The notes: generated by a model not told the origin, from the sequence alone. A stretch of DNA of 64,000 bases from Amphiscolops sp. MND2022 (GCA_964187785.1 OZ076414.1:51708001-51772000); one strand, 5' to 3'; counted from the stretch's first letter, positions 38,107 through 49,620 are shown. Translations and numbers: made by a program.

Positions 38107-39009
38107 ATGAAGTTTAAAATTCTGGTGCGAGTTCTTTTATCGTTCTGTATCCTGGAGAGGTGTTTTCAACTCTCTACTTTACAAACTCCTCCAACCCTCA
38201 GATGGATACCCTTCCTAGATTTTGTGGACGGGAAGCGTTTCTCGGGCCGCGTTATAAACATTATCAAATCACCTTCCAGTAGATATTGTGGGATGAGATG
38301 CACAAGACACCCTGAATGTCGTTCTTTCAACATGTGCTCCCACCTCTACTGCGATCTGAACTTTCATGATATATATTCTGCCCCCAATGGCACTGATCTG
38401 CTGCAAGACTCCCCGAAGTGTGCTTACCATGGCATGCAGCGCGAGGATCATCCAATCTGCTCCGAGAAGGGCGAGCAGAAACAAATGCAGGTAAACAACC
38501 TCGGGGTGTGTCAAATTGGGCTGAAAAGAGTGGATAGAGAATGGACAGAATGGGAAAAGGAGACAAAAAAAGACCCATTTTCGTACCTTGAATTCATGGC
38601 AAGGAAAATGATAATAGATGTAGCTCACGGTGGAATTGAAGGCGATGACAATCGAGAGAGGCTCTATTCTAAGAAATGGTTTTATGAAAGATCATGTCCT
38701 TTCCATAAATGCCGAAGTCAATGTGTTTCGAAGGGCGGGAGTTTGATTGGTTATGATCTTGCAAGTGCAATCTCTGGTCAAATTTGCGATTTTGACACGG
38801 ATGGTTCCTGGATAGATGTGTGCACGGGGGATCAAGGCGTCTGGAGGACCGGCGAAAGTATTCTCAACGAGGTGGTGTGGAGTTTCTTGGACGATGTTCC
38901 CGAAGACGAGCAATGCTGTGTTTTCAAATCCTGCACTCCAGGGGGATTTAGTTGTATTAGAATAAGTGAAGGAATAACTCATGCCATCTGTATTTTGCCC
39001 CTTGCTTGA
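38107..39009 (+). CDS. Secreted cysteine-rich protein: signal peptide, PAN/apple-like domain, C-type-lectin-like C-terminal domain; single exon, 300 aa
   Basis: Hydrophobic N-terminus. CGMRCTRHPECRSFNMCSHLYCDLN matches PAN Cys spacing. C-terminal CRSQCVSKGGSL...SWID...C...C is lectin-like. Intact ORF. Confidence 0.75.
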   Translation: MKFKILVRVLLSFCILERCFQLSTLQTPPTLRWIPFLDFVDGKRFSGRVINIIKSPSSRYCGMRCTRHPECRSFNMCSHLYCDLNFHDIYSAPNGTDLLQDSPKCAYHGMQREDHPICSEKGEQKQMQVNNLGVCQIGLKRVDREWTEWEKETKKDPFSYLEFMARKMIIDVAHGGIEGDDNRERLYSKKWFYERSCPFHKCRSQCVSKGGSLIGYDLASAISGQICDFDTDGSWIDVCTGDQGVWRTGESILNEVVWSFLDDVPEDEQCCVFKSCTPGGFSCIRISEGITHAICILPLA

Positions 39010-39527
39010 AATGCTACAAAGACTAACAGGAAACTGAAATCCTCTTCCGTATTGAGTTTTCTATACAATGCTTATCTCTATTCGATTTTATCTCGATAAA
39101 AAGGATTCCTCACGAAAAGCCTTTGTGCTTGTAGGAATTCTTTTCAGGGGCTTTTATATATATATATTTTTACTTTGAAATTATGGAATATGTATAACGC
39201 CACCTGATAAATTCAATTATTATAATTATTAATTATTATTCACAGTTTTGAACTATTCACCGTCACCATTTGAACGTTGCTGATTGGATGACAATGGCCT
39301 ACTGAGAGAAAGCATGTTTCTTTTATCAGAAAGTAATCAAATATGTGCAAAAATTGCTCACTTGAATGAATAAAGTGAATGAATGTCAAAAACTTTGATT
39401 CGGTTCTGAGCAAAGAAACAAGCCAGATGCTGAGTAGCAAACTACCTTTAAAAGTGTCAAGAAAACATTTTATTGGCCATTTTTGATCAAGTTTCCCTTG
39501 AATAATACAAAAATTCACAACTATGCC

Positions 39528-39760
39528 TGTTGCGACTAAGGTCAGTGTCGTTGTTTTGGATAGTTCTAATTCTAACGGATTTGGTAGGAGAATAGAAACT
39601 TCTAAATTCACTTTCAGGGAATAATTCATTTTCCCTACTACTATTTTCTCGTGCTTTAGGTTTCAGTAGATTCAACAGTTCGCGTTGGGATTCTACAAGT
39701 AGACTATTGTAGCGGAGATTTGGCTTGAGAAGGTCCTGCAACCATGACGTCTGGTTCTCC
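39528..39760 (-). mobile_element. Truncated 3' end of a gypsy LTR (another family)
   Basis: Encodes ESQRELLNLLKPK...ESEFRSFYSPTKSVRI...DLSRN and ends AGTCGCAACA; similar to 41615-42050. Confidence 0.6.
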
Positions 39761-40596
39761 TAAACCTCCATTTTCAACCAAAATTGGGGAAATTACACCT
39801 TCACTTACAATTTGGGTGCTTTCTTGAAGAACCTTTATTCTCTTTTGTTTTTCGTTGTCATCATTATGAAAAGATTTTCTAGTTTGTCAGTTTTGAGTCG
39901 AGATTTGCAGAGTTTTTGTTTTAGCGAAACAAAGTTGAGTTTGATACAAGATCGCAGAAGAAATGAGCAAATTAACAAATGCAAACATTCTACACCCTCC
40001 TAACATCATTTGATCACGAAGGCCACCAGGAGAACTGTTTCTATTGAGTTTAATGGGACGAGTGTTACCTCGTCCGGAGCTCCTAAGACGTCGAGTCGAA
40101 TTCGTCGCTCTGGGTGGAATACAATGTCGTTGTACGGCTTGTCTACTAAATACGGTCTTTTGAGTATATTTTTAACGTGATCCGCCATTTTTGCTTATAG
40201 TGTTTTCTCTATGAACTATTGGGCTTCAAAATTGAAGGCATCTTCGGGAGTTTTTTGCAAAATATCTAGAACTTCATTCAACTTCTGCGTGGTGGATTCA
40301 AATTTGAGAGCGTACCACCCACAACGTGCTGTTGCCATAGAGGTAAAAAATCCGAGTCGTCGTTTAAACGCTGTCCTTATCTCTTCGATGAAGTCCTTTT
40401 TAGAGTTATCTAAATTCTGAACGGCTGTAGTGCGTCATCATGGAGTCGGTAGTGGGAGTATTTGATCTAGATCTATCTACCTCCAAGAGATCGTTCCGAA
40501 ACAGATCTTCAGACAGCTAAAACTTTTCGGACTTTCCGTCGAATGTTGGTAGCGACGCAGTGAGTGCTTTCGGCATAGGCAAGGTGGGGTTATGAC

Positions 40597-41481
40597 TAGG
40601 GCTACTATAAAAGGCAAAAGGGCAAAAGTGTCAAAAACGGCCAATTTTCACGTTAGGGGCAAAATGAAAAATAAAAAGGCGAACACGGCCAAATATATAT
40701 AGATGATAGTAATATTGTTCATTAATTACTTTGCAATCCAAGGTAAAACACGTTTTCTCAAAAATGCGAGACATCATTGGCATCAGGTAATTTTTCTCAA
40801 AAATGTCTCTCTCCCATTGGCTTGGTAATTTTTTGCAGAGAAAATAGTGCACCTTCCTGAAGCCGAAACTTGTCGGAGTGCAGTAAAGGGTGTCAAGCGT
40901 GGAACCAAAAATTCAAAGCTGGGAAAATTGCGGCTAGTTGGTGCAAAACGCAAAATTGCTAATCTCAACGTGGATTTGCGCCAGGAACTCATTGAAGTAA
41001 ACATACATTATACCATGCCCGAGAAGAAATGGAAAATGGATCCGCAACACTTGAACAATGTTACAATATTGTAAACCAATTTGCATTAAAAATGGACGAG
41101 GATGACCCTAATCGCCAATACACGAAGAACCTCTTGGCGCGTAGTTACGATTTGAAGTGCATTTTGGAAGACATAATTCTAGTTTTGACGTCAAGCGAGA
41201 TTTCGATATTACGAAGTTCAATCGGAACCTCAGCTGACGTTGATAGCAGTTCCAGTAACCTGAATAAACTTCTTCGAAAAGATCGAGACTTTTGTCCAAA
41301 AAACGTTGAATATTACATATGCTTATTTTGCAGCTTATCGATTTGAGAAAAACGAATATTATTGAAAAAACGTTTTTAGCGAGAAATTTTTAAAGGTAAA
41401 TACAGGGCAAAAGTCGGACTTCTGGGGTGATAAATGAATGGCAAATATTGAGTTTTTAAGGGCAAGAAATTGGTTGCCCTA
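40597..41481. mobile_element. Non-autonomous hAT element (885 bp), same terminal type as 18420-18844
   Basis: Ends TAGGGCTAC...GGTTGCCCTA; perfect 8-bp TSD GTTATGAC; internal ORF remnants at 40847-41346. Confidence 0.9.
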
Positions 41482-41614
41482 GTTATGACTCTCGTCTAGG
41501 GCGAAAGGTTTCCTTGCCACCGCAGGACGTTCTTCTGACGGAAGTTGACTCTGCGACCTTACTTTTTGATTTTCTTTGCCTTGTTTGTGGAGTCAGTTTG
41601 AACTTCTGTCACTA

Positions 41615-42400
41615 TGTTACGATTTAGGTTCGTGTCGTTTTCTAGAGGAGTGTAGAATTTCCTAAATTCACTCTCCTGAGCAAATCCGTTTTCATCGCAT
41701 TGAATTTTCTTTTGTTTTAGGTTTCCACATTTCCAACAGCTCTCTTTGTGAACCTGTCGGGAATCCCTTCATTTCCGAGAATCTTTCCACCTTTGAAGAA
41801 GTTCTTAAACTCTCTGGAACGCCATTGTCAACCCTGGATGACTTGGTGTTGGAAGCACCAGCTACCATATCGTCCTGCTCACCTAGATCTTTTATACCAA
41901 TTAAGGGAATCTACTGTTTCACTTACGTTTTCAGTATTCCCACGATGATTGTTCTTTTTATGGTTTCCGGTAGACATTTTGAAAAAAGTTTTGATTCGGA
42001 TTGTTTTATTCAAGTAGGCTTTAGTTGTAAGTTAATTTCGACAACGTCGATGTTAGCAGTACAAGAAACTGAAGATTGATGAAACTTTCGGACAAATTCT
42101 GAGTATATTTACGCTCCTAGCAATATTTGACAGTACCAGCGTACCAGCAATTTTTTGGAACATTTAGTACTTTCCTTTTTTGCCATGAGAGCCATTTTAG
42201 GATATCGACGTACGTCATCACTCTGTCAAAAAATATCGCGATTTTTACTCCATCTATAGCAAACCGGAAGTAGCTCTTGAACTTTCATCGAGCTTTCCTG
42301 ATGTTTGCTTGGAATGGAGGGTATTGTGACGCGGATTTGACGCTGGCGTGGACGATTAATACGCAATAGACAACTTATGACTAATTTCTGAAACATGTAC
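41615..42400 (-). mobile_element. Degenerate gypsy LTR carrying a gag-like 5' ORF (far boundary uncertain)
   Basis: Ends CGTAACA at 41615. Frameshifted peptide ENVSETV..DLGEQDDMVAGAS..SQRELLEMWKPK..ESEFRKFYTP is homologous to 39528-39760. Confidence 0.55.
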
Positions 42401-45008
42401 ACTCGCTTGACGCTGAGAAGGAAAAACTGACGGCTGTACTGAGAATAATGATTGATTTAATCAATTAACTTTAATGTCGATTGTTTATCATAACAACAAC
42501 GTCAATAGGTTGATAATTTTGTTACGAACATTATCAATCGTAATAAACATGCGCTAGACGTAACCAAGAAGTCTCGTATCAAATTCAACGAAAATAACAG
42601 ATCACATTCATGTCTAGCTATAGTCAACATTTTATATAAAAAATGGCAACAGTTAACATTTGTATTGGGTTCAACAGCATTTAAAAAGTTATATCAATTT
42701 CAGCGGAACATGGCAGGCTCTTTTGTGGGGAAACTGATTATATATTCCTTTGTACTACAACGGACGACATATGGCGGGCTACGCCAATTATACATTGAGA
42801 TTGAACAGCATCATTTTTAAAATCGAAGCAACACTTTTATAAAACACTCACAGTATAGGACAGTTTATACCCCGATGGTATTCAACAGTGATTGAAAATC
42901 GTACGTGCAGTTGTATCACATAAACATGCTAATACACGGTGACGTTCAGTTTGAAATCTGTTCCTCTAAATCTAAAACACTTATCCTCTAAATCAAGCCT
43001 GCGAAATTGGTCTTAAAACATAATTCCGAGAGGTTTCATTCTTAGTCGGAGGAGAACCAACGTAAAGTATGATACCCAACATTTCAAAAACAATTGAAAA
43101 TGAATTGACGTGAATTTAAACCGGTTCTGACTGGTACTTCTTTTCTAAAACTAGTAAAATCATAAAATTTAATAAAATTCAATGAAAGCGCCTAGTTCTT
43201 TAAATTTGTAACGTAGTGTTGACATATATTTGAAGCCAAGCTTGGCTAACTGTCGCTGTTGACTGATTTCCAGCTAGCTGCCAAGTTTACAACGTATTGT
43301 TGACGTAAAAGTGGAAAACTAGCCTTACCTCGACCGTGATAAGTCGTTAAAAGTTTTTTCTCTGAACTCGTTTACGCGGTTGTGACGTCACGTATATAGT
43401 TATTTCAACCGGCGTTGCTGTAATTGTTTAACGTCCTAAATTGCACCAATTGTTTTTCAGAGTTGCGATCCAGCTGCCCTCTCTCAGAATGGCGTATTGC
43501 TTTAAGGCTTTTTTCTTTCGTGTTATTCCACTTTTAGATTTAGCTATGATCAATTCCAAAATGTAAAATCCATTTAAGTGAAATAATTGTGAGAACTCTG
43601 ACCTAGGGTCTCTCTTAGATCTCCTACAGATCGTGAATCCTTCTTTGCAATTTTTATTTTAGGCCCAGATACGCTTTCCCTGTTATCCTGGCTATTCGGG
43701 GACGAACTGGCCTCAGTGTCCCTGTGCCCAGCAGAGGACATGGAACTAGCAATGTTTTGGATTTCTGGAATGACTCTTTCATTTATAGCTGTTGTGACGG
43801 CTTTATTTATTTGATTATGCATCATTGACATCATAGAATCCATTTCTTGAGACAATCTGAGATTAAACTCATTCGAGAAGGTTTCAAAGGAGTGTCTGAT
43901 TTCATTTTGTCTCAGTACATCATTTTCATGCTGATAATCTCTATATTCATTCTCTAGGTACGTGTGTGTATCAGCGTCCCCATGGACCGATGACTGATCT
44001 ATAGCTTCAGCTAATTCTCTTTCTATGGGATTATTATTGTTATTTCCCAACATCACATCTAAGTTTTCAAAGTCGGACATCATGTCCATTTCCCTAGATT
44101 TCCTAGCTTTCGCTTTCTGGCGTCTAGTAGAAGGCATAAGAGATTATTGCAAGAGGTAAGAATTTAAATTAAGTTCTCAGGCTTGCAAATTCAGTGTGAG
44201 ATTACTCAGTATCAAGTAACAAGCATGTAGTAAGGTCAAACTTCTTGTGTCCCGGGACTAAATGTCTCCGCTATATATATATATAACAAACTACATGACA
44301 CGCATAATATTGATCATCATATTCTAATAATAGCCTTAAGGGCTTCTAAAAATAGCAACAGCTCTAAATATAGTAACGGTTAACTAGTGACATCATCATA
44401 CATCAAAAGGCCTTTCCCGACAGTTATTGTGGCGGGAAGACTGAAGGTCCATGCGGACAAGCAACGACATACATGTATGAACGCAATAAACTACATGTAT
44501 TTCAACATTTTCTAATTGCATGAAATATATCAAAGGCATTGATGGCGTACTATTAAGCACAGATTACATGTCCTCTAAGGACTAATAATTCACTAAATAA
44601 GATAATAAAGCACCGGTTATTATGCAATTCATAACACTTTCCAGCAAGCGCTTTTGATTTGGTAAACGGCCTCAGCGTCCAATCGACATGAGTGGACCGA
44701 GATATTATTGACTGGCGGCATGTGGCCGTTCAGTCCCTTTAATCTAGCAGCATAATACAGCGCCGAATAAAGAAAGTACTGCACTGTGATTGGTTAGCGA
44801 GTTAATTGGACTGGTGGACCAAGGCGACAGGCGAGAAAACATTTGAACGCGTTTCCTCTACCTGTACGCCTTGGTGTCCAATTTACTAGCAATGTACAAA
44901 TTAGCGCCGGTATTACGTAATACTAAATCATCATTACATGATATTTTATATTCAAAATAACTAAATTACATGACTTTTGAGATACAAATGCAGTTCATTT
45001 AAAAAGTT

Positions 45009-45585
45009 TCAATTTAAATGGATCGTGTTGGGTAAAGCTTTTTGATAGTTGTGGCAAATAGAGTACAAGTTGCCATCACAGGCGGACGCCTGGGACACTC
45101 CCCCTGGGATTAGCATGAAACAGCCCACCTTCATTCCTTCTAAGAACGCCATCCTCCTGGCATTGAATTGTTCTGGGGACTCCCCTCGGACAGCCGTCTT
45201 GTGCATGTAGTCAATCACTGCTTCATCTTGAATCTGTTCCACAGATTTTCCGCAGATGAGGCAGTCTGTGCAGCCCGTGATGTAGGGATTGTCGTCGCTA
45301 GGGCCTTTAAAGTGTATTCCACTTGGGCATTGTTGTTTATTACTAGTAGAGGGTTCTACTATTGCCCTCCAGTCTCCTGTAGGGTATTTATCCACAGCAG
45401 GGGGCGACATTGGTGTGTCCACCATTGGAATTAATTGGCTGCAAATATTAATCGGATGATCATTTTTGAGCCTTGGGTCCCTTGCGACTGGCCCTCTCCC
45501 CATCCCTAGATCAAAGTATCCAGCATCGAACATTGGTCCTGGGATGTATGAGAGCCTGGGGGTCCCGGGACGATCTTCTCCCTGT
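45009..45585 (-). CDS. 5'-truncated ORF3 homolog ending inside the 3' LTR
   Basis: See alignment to 3827-4645. Crosses the PPT (AGGGGGAG, 45105-45098) as PGGV and stops at 45009, inside the LTR. Confidence 0.8.
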
Positions 45586-48500
45586 TGGCTTTCAGAAGGC
45601 TGCTGATATATTGAACAGCATCTTCTTGATTTTCATTGAGGAGGTGCCATGTGGACACTGGGTCTATTGGCCTGACGTGTTTCATCTGCTCCGGCGTCAT
45701 TACTGAGAAGTTGGCTATATGCATCCCCTTTTTGAGTTTGTAGGGTTGGTCAGTAAAATTATTAATGTGTATCCTCGTGGTCCCTTCATCGAGTGTAATT
45801 ATGGCAGCGCAGAAGGTTATATCATTTTCTTCATTTAGATGTTCACTGGGTTGTAAAATCCCAGTGACAGCATTTTCTGCGTAAATTCTGGATTGAATGG
45901 AGATGATTGTACGGTCATTTGGCGGAATTGTGACATCCTCAGGGTTGAGGATGGGCTCCATGACGTTCGAGTATTTGTGGTCAGCCGTTTTCAATTGCAT
46001 CGAGAAAAAGGGGAAGTTGAGTATGCCTTGGCGCATATCTAGGACTGTGTGATTTCTTTGTAAGAACATAAGTCCAATTATGGGGCTGGATAGTTTTTCC
46101 ATCACAATGAAGATCTCATGGAACTCAATGTCCCCTACTTCAAATTTCAATTCCACTGTGCTTTTGGGTGTCTCTAGGTCACCATTTGCGACCATGATTT
46201 GGAAAGATGGGGCAGGTCCCTCTTTGACTATGGATTGAGGCGCTAATAGCCGTATTTTCCTGAGGTCTGCTTCTGGGATTGCGCTGGAGTGGGCCCCAAT
46301 GTCTATGAGTCCATCTAACGTTAGTTCTCCAAAGTCCATTGGAAAATATAACATCCGCCTTTCAATTTTAAGTCCAAGATTAGTGGAAAGAGGAACGTAT
46401 GATGGTTCACCTTGTTGTTCCACTAAAATATGCAAGAAGGCTGTTTCATCCAGGAGGCTATTGGGGTCTTGGTGATCTTCTTGCTCTGGAGTTTCCCCTA
46501 TTTCTCCTGAGATTGCTTCAGAATTTGGTTGCCAAAGTTCAATGAGGGCCCTAGAGAGTTTGGTGTCCTCTATTTGGGGATCGTCCTCATCGTCTGTTGG
46601 GGGATAGTCTTCGTTCCGGAATTGGAGATTTCGTTTGTCATATAATTCATCATCCCAATACGGATCTTTGCCATACTCAGCGTCAATGTATTGAGGGTGG
46701 TAGTCTTCGACCAATGGTAAGGGACGGAATTGAGTCTCAAAGTCTTTAGTGTAGTCAGTTTCGTAAAATCGGTCTGGGCGATCGTTGTGTACTTGTTTAT
46801 AGGTTTTGATGCAAGCTTTCTCCATCTGTTGCTGCCAGACGACGGATGGGGTGCCTGTGGTATCCTTTATATAGTGTCGGAATGTTATAATTGGAGGGTC
46901 TGAAATGACATACTGTCGAACCGACATATAGTCATGTATTTGGAGTCGTGGCAAAATTAGTTTTTTGAATCTGTCTTTTTTGATATTGGATTGGCTTGAG
47001 CTGGTGGTCGTCGTGTCACCTGGTGTTTTAGGTTTGCTTTCTGAAGTTGAGGCGTTTGGGTCTTTTTGCTCCGCTTGTAACCTCTTGGGACGCAGGTGGG
47101 CACCTGCGCCTTGCCAACATTTTTCAGTTGAATGGTTCTTTTTCCCGCATGTGTCACAAGGTTGGTAAGTAGGACGCTGTGGTTTTTTGCCATCTTTTTC
47201 CTCCATTTCTTTCTTTTTCTTGAGTTTAGGACAGCTTTTGTAAAAATGTCCGGTTGCCTTACAATAGGAGCATTGAGCGTCTTTGTTGGTATTGATGCCG
47301 GTAGAGAGCAAGTTGCTTTGGTTTGTTGACGCCGAGGCCATAGTGGCCATTGGCAAGTCATCGGACTCTTCTAATGCATTAAGTTCTAGCTCTCTTTCAA
47401 GATGAGCGACTATTTCTTCATACGTCCCGTTCTCCAACCGGGCCATTTTGACAGATCGTTTTAATTTTGGTGGAAGTTTCGCATATGACAAACTGTCAAT
47501 CATGCTTTTTGCATTTTCACCAAAAGCTTTTTCAGCTCCTTGGTTCAGTTCTTCCAAGAAGTCCGGCAATTTCATGGTACTTGGGTCGAACGTCAGTCGG
47601 TGCCATTTGTGTTTTGCCGTCGCTTGGGATTCCGGTTTAACGTACTTTCTTCGGAATATGACCAGTACGTCTTCCAGAGTCTGACGGTTGATGGAGTTTA
47701 TGTTCCTAAATGTCTGTAATGCCCCTTTTCGTAGCAATGAATGGAAATGGTTGATTTTCATCTGTTCTGTCATTGCAGGTTGCATTTTGATCATCGTGTG
47801 GAACAAGTCCTCAAAAAGCTCAAATTTTTCGCTTTTTCCGTCAAACGTCATTGGAGTTGTTTGGACAGGTCTGATGGTCATAGTTTGTGGTTTATTTTGC
47901 AAATTGACTAATACATCAGCCAATCTGTTGAACGGGTCCTGCTGTGGCTCTGGGACCTCGGGGTCTGGGGCTGGCAGAGTCGCGTCTAGGGAGACATTGT
48001 GGTTGGAATGTTGCCGCAGTATCTTCGGATGCGTGGGTTCGTTTCCCACTCCTGTCACCATGTGAGAACTCTGACCTAGGGTCTCTCTTAGATCTCCTAC
48101 AGATCGTGAATCCTTCTTTGCAATTTTTATTTTAGGCCCAGATACGCTTTCCCTGTTATCCTGGCTATTCGGGGACGAACTGGCCTCAGTGTCCCTGTGC
48201 CCAGCAGAGGACATGGAACTAGCAATGTTTTGGATTTCTGGAATGACTCTTTCATTTATAGCTGTTGTGACGGCTTTATTTATTTGATTATGCATCATTG
48301 ACATCATAGAATCCATTTCTTGAGACAATCTGAGATTAAACTCATTCGAGAAGGTTTCAAAGGAGTGTCTGATTTCATTTTGTCTCAGTACATCATTTTC
48401 ATGCTGATAATCTCTATATTCATTCTCTAGGTACGTGTGTGTATCAGCGTCCCCATGGACCGATGACTGATCTATAGCTTCAGCTAATTCTCTTTCTATG

Positions 48501-48610
48501 GGATTATTATTGTTATTTCCCAACATCACATCTAAGTTTTCAAAGTCGGACATCATGTCCATTTCCCTAGATTTCCTAGCTTTCGCTTTCTGGCGTCTAG
48601 TAGAAGGCAT
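45506..48610 (-). CDS. Gag-protease fusion ORF (1034 aa), truncated by an internal deletion
   Basis: Capsid-like region (FDGKSEKFELFEDLF...), two CCHC knuckles (CSYCKATGHFYKSC, CDTCGKKNHSTEKC), aspartic protease motif LIDIGA. The reading frame changes character at ~45585. Confidence 0.92.
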   Translation of the reverse strand: MPSTRRQKAKARKSREMDMMSDFENLDVMLGNNNNNPIERELAEAIDQSSVHGDADTHTYLENEYRDYQHENDVLRQNEIRHSFETFSNEFNLRLSQEMDSMMSMMHNQINKAVTTAINERVIPEIQNIASSMSSAGHRDTEASSSPNSQDNRESVSGPKIKIAKKDSRSVGDLRETLGQSSHMVTGVGNEPTHPKILRQHSNHNVSLDATLPAPDPEVPEPQQDPFNRLADVLVNLQNKPQTMTIRPVQTTPMTFDGKSEKFELFEDLFHTMIKMQPAMTEQMKINHFHSLLRKGALQTFRNINSINRQTLEDVLVIFRRKYVKPESQATAKHKWHRLTFDPSTMKLPDFLEELNQGAEKAFGENAKSMIDSLSYAKLPPKLKRSVKMARLENGTYEEIVAHLERELELNALEESDDLPMATMASASTNQSNLLSTGINTNKDAQCSYCKATGHFYKSCPKLKKKKEMEEKDGKKPQRPTYQPCDTCGKKNHSTEKCWQGAGAHLRPKRLQAEQKDPNASTSESKPKTPGDTTTTSSSQSNIKKDRFKKLILPRLQIHDYMSVRQYVISDPPIITFRHYIKDTTGTPSVVWQQQMEKACIKTYKQVHNDRPDRFYETDYTKDFETQFRPLPLVEDYHPQYIDAEYGKDPYWDDELYDKRNLQFRNEDYPPTDDEDDPQIEDTKLSRALIELWQPNSEAISGEIGETPEQEDHQDPNSLLDETAFLHILVEQQGEPSYVPLSTNLGLKIERRMLYFPMDFGELTLDGLIDIGAHSSAIPEADLRKIRLLAPQSIVKEGPAPSFQIMVANGDLETPKSTVELKFEVGDIEFHEIFIVMEKLSSPIIGLMFLQRNHTVLDMRQGILNFPFFSMQLKTADHKYSNVMEPILNPEDVTIPPNDRTIISIQSRIYAENAVTGILQPSEHLNEENDITFCAAIITLDEGTTRIHINNFTDQPYKLKKGMHIANFSVMTPEQMKHVRPIDPVSTWHLLNENQEDAVQYISSLLKANREKIVPGPPGSHTSQDQCSMLDTLI
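48044..48060 (-). promoter_or_regulatory. Primer-binding site, tRNA-Leu type
   Basis: TGGTGACAGGAGTGGGA immediately after the LTR-terminal CA; one mismatch to the canonical tRNA-Leu(CAG) PBS TGGTGTCAGGAGTGGGA as I recall it. Confidence 0.85.
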
Positions 48611-49620
48611 AAGAGATTATTGCAAGAGGTAAGAATTTAAATTAAGTTCTCAGGCTTGCAAATTCAGTGTGAGATTACTCAGTATCAAGTAACAAGCATG
48701 TAGTAAGGTCAAACTTCTTGTGTCCCGGGACTAAATGTCTCCGCTATATATATATAACAAACTACATGACACGCATAATATTGATCATCATATTCTAATA
48801 ATAGCCTTAAGGGCTTCTAAAAATAGCAACAGCTCTAAATATAGTAACGGTTAACTAGTGACATCATCATACATCAAAAGGCCTTTCCCGACAGTTATTG
48901 TGGCGGGAAGACTGAAGGTCCATGTGGACAAGCAACGACATACATGTATGAACGCAATAAACTACATGTATTTCAACATTTTCTAATTGCATGAAATATA
49001 TCAAAGGCATTGATGGCGTACTATTAAGCACAGATTACATGTCCTCTAAGGACTAATAATTCACTAAATAAGATAATAAAGCACCGGTTATTATGCAATT
49101 CATAACACTTTCCAGCAAGCGCTTTTGATTTGGTAAACGGCCTCAGCGTCCAATCGACATGAGTGGACCGAGATATTATTGACTGGCGGCATGTGGCCGT
49201 TCAGTCCCTTTAATCTAGCAGCATAATACAGCGCCGAATAAAGAAAGTACTGCACTGTGATTGGTTAGCGAGTTAATTGGACTGGTGGACCAAGGCGACA
49301 GGCGAGAAAACATTTGAACGCGTTTCCTCTACCTGTACGCCTTGGTGTCCAATTTACTAGCAATGTACAAATTAGCGCCGGTATTACGTAATACTAAATC
49401 ATCATTACATGATATTTTATATTCAAAATAACTAAATTACATGACTTTTGAGATACAAATGCAGTTCATTTAAAAAGTTTCAATTTAAATGGATCGTGTT
49501 GGGTAAAGCTTTTTGATAGTTGTGGCAAATAGAGTACAAGTTGCCATCACAGGCGGACGCCTGGGACAATAATGGTCTTAGTTCCGGCGTAGCTTGAACG
49601 TCTTGACAAAAATGTGTGGA

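Larger units (their letters stand above)
43588..49568 (-). mobile_element. Recently inserted, internally deleted Ty3/gypsy element (5981 bp)
   Basis: LTRs 48061-49568 and 43588-45097 (TGTCCC...TCACA); I saw only one substitution and one TA-repeat slip between them. TSD ATAAT on both sides, PBS and PPT present, RT/RNaseH/integrase absent. Confidence 0.97.

Noticed and set aside
39240-40420. ORFs 39240-39629, 40006-40188 and 40211-40420 as genes or Polinton/Merlin remnants
   Set aside because: No diagnostic motif could be recognised; partly overlaps an LTR fragment.
45700-45960. dUTPase in the gag-pol ORF
   Set aside because: The beta-rich segment after the protease is common in gypsy pol, and the five dUTPase motifs are not recognisable.
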